From: an uncultured archaeon
Lineage (GTDB): Archaea; Iainarchaeota; Iainarchaeia; Iainarchaeales; 0-14-0-20-30-16
Assembly (NCBI GenBank): GCA_964595665.1
Contig: CAZQQS010000013.1
Location: 1-15,844, forward strand
Length of the DNA stretch: 15,844 nucleotides
Direction: 5' to 3'
A model generated the notes under the pieces. The model searched no databases. It was not told the DNA's origin and saw nothing but the letters and a program-made list of their open reading frames with translations. The translations under genes and the position numbers were made by a program. Shown here piece after piece: positions 9,697 to 15,844 of the stretch. How positions within the stretch are numbered: position 1 is the stretch's first letter; every line of letters begins with the position of its first letter.

Positions 9697-10320
9697 ATGG
9701 ATGATAAAGAAAAAAGTATAATTGGTATAATGCAAAACATGCTTTCTAAAGGTGAAACTGCAGAAAGTATTATTTCTAATTTGAAACAAATGGGTATTGC
9801 TGAAGAACAAGCAAAAACTTTGTTAATGTTGGCTCAAACAAATACTTTAGCTGTTTTAAAAGGTGATGTAAAACAAATGGTTAATGATGAGTTTGGTGTA
9901 AAATATCCTGAATTTGAGCAAAATTTAACTGAAAAATTAAATGTTAAAACTGATGCAAATAAAGAAAGAGTTAAACAAGAAGTTTTATTAGAAATGAATA
10001 AACAAAATGATGAATTTCAAAAAAAACAAATTGAATATTCTGATAAATTAACAAACATTTCTGTTGAGCAAGATGCTAAAATAGAAGTTGTAAAAAGTAA
10101 GTTAAATGAAATTGCAACTAATTATGATAAGTTAGCTTTAGGTTCAACTAAATCTTTATTTGCAATGCGAATCGCATCTGTAATTTTTGGAATATTAATT
10201 GCTATATTTTTAATTTATAAACTATTTACTTTAATGCCTGGCTATTCAATAGATTATTTGTTTTTCTATATTATATTGGGAATAATTAGTGCAGTATTAA
10301 TTGTATTAGGATTAATGTAA
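9697..10320 (+). CDS. Hypothetical tail-anchored membrane protein, 207 aa: helical N-domain, coiled coil, two C-terminal TM helices
   Basis: ATG 9697 is preceded by CGTGAT. Alternatively, GTG 9688 overlaps the upstream stop by 4 nt. The C-terminal hydrophobic helices are IASVIFGILIAIFLIYKLF and LFFYIILGIISAVLIVLGL. Confidence 0.6.
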   Translation: MDDKEKSIIGIMQNMLSKGETAESIISNLKQMGIAEEQAKTLLMLAQTNTLAVLKGDVKQMVNDEFGVKYPEFEQNLTEKLNVKTDANKERVKQEVLLEMNKQNDEFQKKQIEYSDKLTNISVEQDAKIEVVKSKLNEIATNYDKLALGSTKSLFAMRIASVIFGILIAIFLIYKLFTLMPGYSIDYLFFYIILGIISAVLIVLGLM

Positions 10321-10337
10321 ACTAAAAACAAAAAGAG

Positions 10338-10358
10338 AATAGGATTTTTTATCCTATT
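10338..10358. terminator. Hairpin between convergent genes, flanked by an A-run and a T-run; possible bidirectional terminator
   Basis: AATAGGAT (10338-10345) pairs with ATCCTATT (10351-10358) around a TTTTT loop. AAAAA lies upstream and TTTT downstream. Confidence 0.45.
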
Positions 10359-10361
10359 TTA

Positions 10362-10661
10362 TTACTTATTTTTTTCTATAAATTCTTTAATTTGAGGTTC
10401 AGGATATGCACCAGTAAAGAAATCTTTTGGTTCACCATCTTTAAAGAATACAACTGTTGGAATAGACATTATTCCGAATTCACTTGCTAATTCGTTTTCT
10501 ACATCTACATTTAATTTAATTAATTTTATTTTATATTCTTCAGCTAATTTTTCTAAAATTGGGCCTAACATTTTACAAGGACCACACCAATCAGCATAGA
10601 AATCTATAATTATTAATTCTTTTTTAGAGGGTTCTACTACATCTTTATTGAAATCTATCAT
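10362..10661 (-). CDS. trxA: Thioredoxin, 99 aa
   Basis: It has the active site WCGPC and the thioredoxin fold pattern (IIDFYADWCGPCKMLGPILE...MSIPTVVFFKDGE). AGGTGAT lies 3 nt before the ATG. Confidence 0.92.
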   Translation of the reverse strand: MIDFNKDVVEPSKKELIIIDFYADWCGPCKMLGPILEKLAEEYKIKLIKLNVDVENELASEFGIMSIPTVVFFKDGEPKDFFTGAYPEPQIKEFIEKNK

Positions 10662-10810
10662 TAAATCACCTTTTATTATTTAAAATATGTTTTAGATATA
10701 AAAAATATCATAACCTATTTAAATTATTCTTAGGAATACTAGAATAAAGTCAATATAATCATATTCTGATAATCCTAAGGTATATATATTTTTGCTTATA
10801 TATTATAAAT

Positions 10811-12994
10811 ATGGCTGAATTATACGATAATGAACAAGAATATAATGAAGATTATGAAGATTTAGAAGATAAATTAGAAGAAAAGCCAATTTATGATTCT
10901 TCATTAGATGATGATTCTACAAATCCTTTTGTTCAAAAGTTTCAGTATTTTTTTGATAGATATTATAAACCTACTTTAGAAAAATTAATTCAAGATTATC
11001 CTGTTAAAAAAAGTTTAATTATTGACTTTGAATTAATTGAACAATTTGATCCTAGTTTAGCTGATGAATTAATTGATAATCCAGATTATATTTTAGAAGC
11101 AATGTTGTTAGCTTCACAAAAATATAAATCTAGTTTATTAGGTGAAGATAAAAGTTTTGAACCTTATATTAGAATAAATAACTTGCCTAAAGATAAAAGG
11201 CAAATGATAAAATATTTATCCTCAAGACACATAGGTAAATTTGTTTGTATTGAAGGTTTAGTAAAACAATTTACAACAGTAATGCCTAAGTTAAAAAAAG
11301 CTCGTTTTGTTTGTGGCAAATGTGGACACGAATTAGATTTGTCTCAAGAAGGCATAGATGTTGTTAGACCTAAAATGTGTCCAGAATGTAAACATAAGGC
11401 ATTTATTTTAGATGAAAACAATAGTGAATTTATTGATTATCAAAAATTGGAAGTTCAAGATTTATTAGAAAACTTAAGAGGTGGAGAACAATCTAGCACA
11501 ATAAATATTTATGTGCAAGGTGATTTAGTAAATACTTTTACAGCAGGTGAAAGATTAATAATTTCTGGAATATTAAGATTAAGAAACCCAAAAGAAATGA
11601 AACAAACTGTATTTGGGCAATATATTTTATGTTCAAGTATAGAATCCAGTAAACAAGATTATGAAAATATTGAAATTACAAAAGAAGATGAAGAAAAATT
11701 AAAAGAATTATCTCAGAATCCCGAAGTATATAATATGTTAATAGATTCTATTGCACCACATATTTCTGGTCATAAAGAAATTAAAGAAGGTGTAATATTA
11801 CAATTGTTTGGTGGAGTAAGAAAGATATTAGATAATAAATCTAAAATTAGAGGAAATATCCATATTTTAATTGTTGGAGATCCAGGAGTAGGAAAATCTC
11901 AAATATTATTGGCAGCATCACATATTGCTCCAAAAAGTATTTATATTGTAGGAAAAACAGCTTCTGGTGCTGGTTTGACTGCAAGTGCAGTAAAAGATGA
12001 GTTTGGTGAGGGCGGTTGGACACTAAAAGCTGGTGCTTTGGTATTAGCGAGTGGTGGATTTGCAATGGTAGATGAATTCGATAAAATGGATTCTGAAGAT
12101 AGAAGTGCAATGCATGAAGCATTAGAACAAGAAACAGTTTCAATTGCAAAAGCAGGTATTGTAACTTCTTTTAAAACTGAAACTTCTGTTTTAGCTGCAG
12201 CAAATCCAAAATTTGGAAGATTTAATATTTATAAAACTTTACCAGAACAAATAGAAGTGCCTCCAACATTGATGTCTAGATTTGATTTATTTTTTATTTT
12301 GCAAGATATAGTTGATGAAAAAAAAGATACTGATACTGTAAATTCAATTATTAAAACTCATAAAACAGGAGCATTATTACAAAAACAAGGTTATCATAAT
12401 TTATCTGAAAAAGATAAAGGTTCTTTAGAAAAAATTAATACTACTCCATCATTAGATGTTGAATTATTAAGAAAATATATTTCTTATGCAAGAACAAGAA
12501 TATTTCCAGTATTGAGTGAGAATGCAGGAAAAATTTTGCAAAAGTTTTTCATAGGTTTAAGACAAAAAAGTCAAGGTGGAGCCGTGACTGTAACCTTTAG
12601 ACAATTAGAAGCTTTAATTAGATTAGCAGAAGCAAGTGCAAGAGTAAGATTATCAGATAAAGTTTTAGAAGAAGATGTAGAAAGAGCATTAAAATTGTAT
12701 AGAAAATCTATGGAACAAGTTGGTATGGATCCAGAAACTGGTGAAATGGATATTGATATTATTACAACAGGTCAAAGTCATAGTCAAAGTAATAAACTAA
12801 TGCGAGTTTTAGATATAATAAAAAAATTGGCATCTTCTGGTGAAGGGGTTGCAAAAATTGATGATATTTATAACGCTACAGAAGCTGAAAGTATAGATAA
12901 AGCAAAAACTCGAGAATTGATTGAAAAATTACAGAAAGTTGGAGATATTTATGAACCAAGAACACACCAATACAAACCTTCGCAAAAAGATTGA
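10811..12994 (+). CDS. mcm: MCM replicative helicase, 727 aa
   Basis: It has a C4 zinc motif (CGKCGH...CPECKH), Walker A (GDPGVGKSQ), Walker B (MVDEFDKM), an arginine finger (SRFDL) and a winged-helix-like C-terminal region. There is no intein. A TATA-like GTATATATATTTTT is centred about 26 nt upstream, and there is no SD. Confidence 0.95.
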   Translation: MAELYDNEQEYNEDYEDLEDKLEEKPIYDSSLDDDSTNPFVQKFQYFFDRYYKPTLEKLIQDYPVKKSLIIDFELIEQFDPSLADELIDNPDYILEAMLLASQKYKSSLLGEDKSFEPYIRINNLPKDKRQMIKYLSSRHIGKFVCIEGLVKQFTTVMPKLKKARFVCGKCGHELDLSQEGIDVVRPKMCPECKHKAFILDENNSEFIDYQKLEVQDLLENLRGGEQSSTINIYVQGDLVNTFTAGERLIISGILRLRNPKEMKQTVFGQYILCSSIESSKQDYENIEITKEDEEKLKELSQNPEVYNMLIDSIAPHISGHKEIKEGVILQLFGGVRKILDNKSKIRGNIHILIVGDPGVGKSQILLAASHIAPKSIYIVGKTASGAGLTASAVKDEFGEGGWTLKAGALVLASGGFAMVDEFDKMDSEDRSAMHEALEQETVSIAKAGIVTSFKTETSVLAAANPKFGRFNIYKTLPEQIEVPPTLMSRFDLFFILQDIVDEKKDTDTVNSIIKTHKTGALLQKQGYHNLSEKDKGSLEKINTTPSLDVELLRKYISYARTRIFPVLSENAGKILQKFFIGLRQKSQGGAVTVTFRQLEALIRLAEASARVRLSDKVLEEDVERALKLYRKSMEQVGMDPETGEMDIDIITTGQSHSQSNKLMRVLDIIKKLASSGEGVAKIDDIYNATEAESIDKAKTRELIEKLQKVGDIYEPRTHQYKPSQKD

Positions 12995-13868
12995 TTTTAA
13001 AACAAAAGTTTTGTTTCAAATATTTTTTTCATATTTATTCTCTTTTTTAATTGGGATAGCAATATTGTATTTATTGAATTTAGTGCAAGTTCCAAAAGAA
13101 ACTTTTTTTGAATCTTCAAGTTATTTGAATGCGATTTATTTTTTTGTATTAATTTTGGTGCAAACAGCAATTATAATTTTTTTAATTAAGTTTTTTAAGA
13201 AAATTAATTTTTTGAAGATTATAGATATTTTTGTTACGTTCTTTGCTTTATTTGGAATATTAAGTTTTTTTATATCCAATTTAATTGTTTTGATTGTTTT
13301 AACAATTTTATTAGTTTTAATTAAAGAATTTTGGAAAAATAAATGGTATAGAAATTTTATTATATTTTTGATTTCTGGATTTTTTTCAGCATATTTTTCA
13401 TATACTTTAGGAATAGTTCCAATTTTAGTGTTATTAATCTTAATTGCAATTTATGATTTTATTGCAGTATTTAAAACTAAACATATGGTTTTTTTGGCAA
13501 ACAATATTATTGGTAAAAACACTTTATTTGTAATGACTTATGGAAAAGATTTACCTACAAATAATGCAGATAAAAAAGATTTGCAAGAAAGTATTTCAAA
13601 TGAAAATGCTAAACCTAAAAGAGTTGTAAAAGATTCTTTGAATTTAGGTACAGGAGATTTTGTTTTGCCGTTAATAGGTGTAATGGGATTATTTATAATA
13701 AATCCATTATTAGGAATTATTGGTTTTTTAGCAGTATTATTTGGGTTAGAATTAACTATCTGGTTTTTGTTTAATAAGAAACATTTAGCTTTACCAGCTA
13801 TCCCTTTGCAAGTAATATCCCTTTTAGTAATTTATGGAGTATATTTATTAATTAATATTTTAATGTAA
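12951..13868 (+). CDS. Presenilin/signal-peptide-peptidase homolog (A22 intramembrane aspartyl protease, archaeal PSH type), 305 aa
   Basis: It is polytopic and carries the catalytic signatures in order: YD (AIYDFIAVF), GxGD (LGTGDFVLP) and a PAL-like motif (LPAIP). I preferred ATG 12951 because GGAGAT lies 4 nt upstream. The track start is 12921. Either start overlaps the end of mcm. Confidence 0.75.
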   Translation: MNQEHTNTNLRKKIDFKTKVLFQIFFSYLFSFLIGIAILYLLNLVQVPKETFFESSSYLNAIYFFVLILVQTAIIIFLIKFFKKINFLKIIDIFVTFFALFGILSFFISNLIVLIVLTILLVLIKEFWKNKWYRNFIIFLISGFFSAYFSYTLGIVPILVLLILIAIYDFIAVFKTKHMVFLANNIIGKNTLFVMTYGKDLPTNNADKKDLQESISNENAKPKRVVKDSLNLGTGDFVLPLIGVMGLFIINPLLGIIGFLAVLFGLELTIWFLFNKKHLALPAIPLQVISLLVIYGVYLLINILM

Positions 13869-13881
13869 TTCTTACTTAAGG

Positions 13882-13891
13882 TTTATAAATA
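13882..13891 (+). promoter_or_regulatory. TATA box TTTATAAATA for the uL1-P0-P1 operon
   Basis: The same decamer occurs at 8228-8237, and a palindromic version at 5264-5275. It predicts a start site near 13912 and a leader of about 46 nt. Confidence 0.45.
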
Positions 13892-13929
13892 TTTCTATTC
13901 AATATTTAATAATTACAATTTAAGCCGTT

Positions 13930-13954
13930 GGTACTGCTTTAAGCAGGAGGTATC
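13930..13954 (+). promoter_or_regulatory. Leader stem-loop that encloses the rpl1 Shine-Dalgarno sequence; candidate L1 autoregulatory site
   Basis: GGUAC (13930-13934) pairs with GUAUC (13950-13954), and UGC pairs with GCA around a UUUAA loop. A one-sided internal loop GGAG (13946-13949) forms part of the SD GGAGGU. The TTG start is at 13958. Confidence 0.4.
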
Positions 13955-13957
13955 GTT

Positions 13958-14650
13958 TTGGTTAAAAATTTGAAAAAGCAAGAAAGTGTAAAATTAGATA
14001 TAAGTGAAAAGAACGTAGAGAAGCATATTACTCAATTAAAAGAAGCTAAGCCTCGAAAGTTTGTTCAAACTATTGAAGCTGGTGTAAACTTAATGGGTAT
14101 TAATTTTAAGCAAACTAATAACAGAATCGGTTTTGATGTGGTTTTGCCTCATGGTTTTAAGAAAGAACCAAAAACTGTTTTATTTGGATCTAATCCAAAT
14201 TTTATAGAAACTGTAAGAGGTGCTTTTAATAAAGTAATAACTGCTGAAGAGATTCCTAATTTAGATAAAAAAACTTTGAAGCATTTAGCTAAAGAGTATG
14301 ATTTATTTTTTGCTGAACCCACTACATTAACTATTGTTGGAAAGTATTTAGGACAGACATTGGCTCCAAGAGGTAAAATGCCTAAGCCTTGCCCACCAAA
14401 TATGCCTGCAGTTAAAGTTTTAACAGCAAACTTTTCAAAGACAGTTACTGTTTCTAATAAAAAAGGTAATTCATTACCAGTATTACATTTCCCAATAGGT
14501 AAAGAAGATATGCCATTAAAAGATTTAACAGCAAACTTTTTAGCAATCTACAATAAATTATTGCCTTTATTGCCAGGAAATACACAAAATTTAAAATCAA
14601 TATACTTAAAGACTACAATGGGTCCTATTCAGTATATCTTCAAGAGGTAG
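13958..14650 (+). CDS. rpl1: Ribosomal protein uL1, 230 aa, TTG start
   Basis: It matches the L1 family pattern (KFVQTIEAGVNL...FDVVLPHG...LAPRGKMPKP). GGAGGT lies 6 nt before the TTG. The first in-frame ATG is codon 46, so a non-ATG start is required. Confidence 0.9.
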   Translation: MVKNLKKQESVKLDISEKNVEKHITQLKEAKPRKFVQTIEAGVNLMGINFKQTNNRIGFDVVLPHGFKKEPKTVLFGSNPNFIETVRGAFNKVITAEEIPNLDKKTLKHLAKEYDLFFAEPTTLTIVGKYLGQTLAPRGKMPKPCPPNMPAVKVLTANFSKTVTVSNKKGNSLPVLHFPIGKEDMPLKDLTANFLAIYNKLLPLLPGNTQNLKSIYLKTTMGPIQYIFKR

Positions 14651-14656
14651 ATACTT

Positions 14657-15517
14657 ATGGTGAACAAAGCACAAAATAAAAGACACTTTAAGAATTGGAG
14701 AAAAGAACAAAAGTCTCAAATTGAAGATGTTTTGAATAATTATAATTACATAATGATTGGTAATTTGACTGAATTACCTGCAAAAGCTGAAAGAGAATTT
14801 AGAGCATTATTAAAGAAAAACGGATGTTTTGTAAAAGTAGGTAATTCTAAAGTAATAAAACACGCTTTAAATGCTAAAGGAATTAATAATTTAGATTCTT
14901 ATTTAAAAGGTCCAACTATGATTATATTGGCAAATGAAAGTCCTTTTAAATTATTTAAAGAAATTAAAAAGAATGCTTCTAGTGCTTTTGCAAAAGAAGG
15001 TATGATTGCTCCTGAAGATATAACTGTTAAAGAAGGAGATACAGGAATTCCTCCTGGACCAGCATTAACAGACTTTAAAGTAGCAAAAATTGATACTCAA
15101 ATCAGAAATGGTAAAATTTACGTTTCTAAAAATACATTAGTTGCAAAAAAAGGAGATAAAATAGATGCAAAAGTTTCTGTTTTATTAACTAAATTGAATA
15201 TAAAACCAATGAAAATCTTATTAGATTTGAGAACTGTTCTTGATAAATCTAACAATGCATTTTATTTTAAAGATTTGTTAGATGTAAATGTGGAATTGTT
15301 GGTTCAAAATATAAAATCAGCACATTCAAGAGCATATTGCTTAGCAATAGGCAAGAATTATGTAACAAAACAAACTATTAAACCTTTATTAGTTAAAGGT
15401 TATAAAAGTTCAAAAGCGGTTGCTTTGAAAGGAAATGTTTTAACACATCATACAAAAAAAGACATTTTAGTTAAAGCACACAAAATCGCACATACATTAA
15501 GTAAGAGGATTAATTAA
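14657..15517 (+). CDS. rplP0: Ribosomal stalk protein uL10 (P0), 286 aa; lacks the usual acidic C-terminal tail
   Basis: The N-terminal uL10 domain is present (WRKEQKSQIEDVLNNYNYIMIGNLTELPAKAEREFRALLK...VKVGNSKVIKHAL). It sits between rpl1 and the P1 gene. GAGGT lies upstream. Confidence 0.88.
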   Translation: MVNKAQNKRHFKNWRKEQKSQIEDVLNNYNYIMIGNLTELPAKAEREFRALLKKNGCFVKVGNSKVIKHALNAKGINNLDSYLKGPTMIILANESPFKLFKEIKKNASSAFAKEGMIAPEDITVKEGDTGIPPGPALTDFKVAKIDTQIRNGKIYVSKNTLVAKKGDKIDAKVSVLLTKLNIKPMKILLDLRTVLDKSNNAFYFKDLLDVNVELLVQNIKSAHSRAYCLAIGKNYVTKQTIKPLLVKGYKSSKAVALKGNVLTHHTKKDILVKAHKIAHTLSKRIN

Positions 15518-15529
15518 GAGGTGAATTTA

Positions 15530-15829
15530 ATGGAATATATATACGCTGCTATGTTATTAAATAGTGCAAAAAAAGATGTTACTGAAGAAAGTATTACTAA
15601 TATAATTAAAGCTACAGGTTTAACTGTTGATGCTGCAAAAGTAAAATCATTAGTTGAAGCATTAAAAGATGTAAACTTTGATGAAGTAATAAAAGAAGCT
15701 TCAAGTGTTCAAGTTGCTGCTGCTCCTGCTGCTGCATCAAGCGCTCCTGCTGCTGCTCATAAAGAAGAAAAGAAAGAAGAAAAAACAGAAGAAGAAGCTG
15801 CTGCTGGATTAGGAAGTTTATTCGGTTAA
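15530..15829 (+). CDS. rpl12: Ribosomal stalk protein P1 (archaeal L12), 99 aa
   Basis: MEYIYAAMLLNS... is followed by an Ala/Pro hinge, an acidic stretch and the canonical tail EEEAAAGLGSLFG. GAGGTGA lies 5 nt before ATG 15530. The track start, GTG 15521, lies inside the SD. Confidence 0.92.
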   Translation: MEYIYAAMLLNSAKKDVTEESITNIIKATGLTVDAAKVKSLVEALKDVNFDEVIKEASSVQVAAAPAAASSAPAAAHKEEKKEEKTEEEAAAGLGSLFG

Positions 15830-15844
15830 ACAAAATTGGGAATT

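Noticed and set aside
10662-10810. I considered a replication origin in the trxA-mcm intergenic region, which has a short inverted repeat CTTAGGA...TCCTAAG and AT-rich DNA.
   Set aside because: The arms are only 7 bp and do not repeat like ORB elements. No orc1/cdc6 gene is adjacent, and the AT content matches the genome background. Divergent promoters explain the region adequately.
10811-12994. I considered an intein or other insertion in MCM, given its length of 727 aa.
   Set aside because: The Walker A, Walker B and arginine-finger motifs are spaced normally, and there are no intein block motifs. The extra length is explained by the acidic N-terminal extension.
13869-13957. The absence of an rpl11 gene upstream of rpl1 might suggest a rearranged or truncated ribosomal cluster.
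   Set aside because: The L1-L10-L12 unit here has its own TATA element and leader, and gene order upstream of rpl1 varies among archaea. This is not evidence of anything unusual on its own.
3566-15833. Track ORFs run antisense to or overlap confident genes (3566-3841, 4220-4435, 5378-5578, 5879-6073, 7320-7508, 11847-12149, 15612-15833).
   Set aside because: Each is the shadow frame of a gene with clear family motifs. Their sequences are low-complexity (L/Q/F/I-rich), and none has SD or TATA support.

Overview
The window comes from an AT-rich archaeon. The evidence is Kae1, MCM, Pth2, a P0/P1 stalk operon and a tRNA-Ala in the rRNA spacer. A DPANN-type lineage with a small genome is my inference only. 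Bases 1-3384 hold the end of a 16S rRNA, tRNA-Ala(UGC) and a complete 23S rRNA enclosed by a 28-bp processing helix. No 5S gene follows it. The rest is tightly packed: an RHH/RelE toxin-antitoxin pair, a divergent DUF4870-like membrane protein and CPBP protease, Kae1, an RHH/MazF pair, a purine phosphoribosyltransferase and a basic low-complexity protein. After these come a four-gene operon containing Pth2, then thioredoxin, MCM, a presenilin-type protease and the uL1-P0-P1 operon. I found no CRISPR array, mobile element, or multi-gene system I can defend as novel. The most unusual signal is in the 23S rRNA. It differs from near-universal nucleotides in the sarcin-ricin loop, the peptidyl-transferase centre and the A loop. 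It also shows compensatory pair changes, which argue that the gene is functional. Other points worth checking:
- a candidate L1 autoregulatory structure that covers the rpl1 Shine-Dalgarno (SD) sequence;
- a P0 that lacks the conserved C-terminal tail;
- a palindromic TATA element exactly equidistant from kae1 and an unannotated 39-codon ORF;
- palindromes over the promoters of both toxin-antitoxin modules.

All rRNA numbering is E. coli numbering recalled from memory and aligned by eye. No database search was possible.
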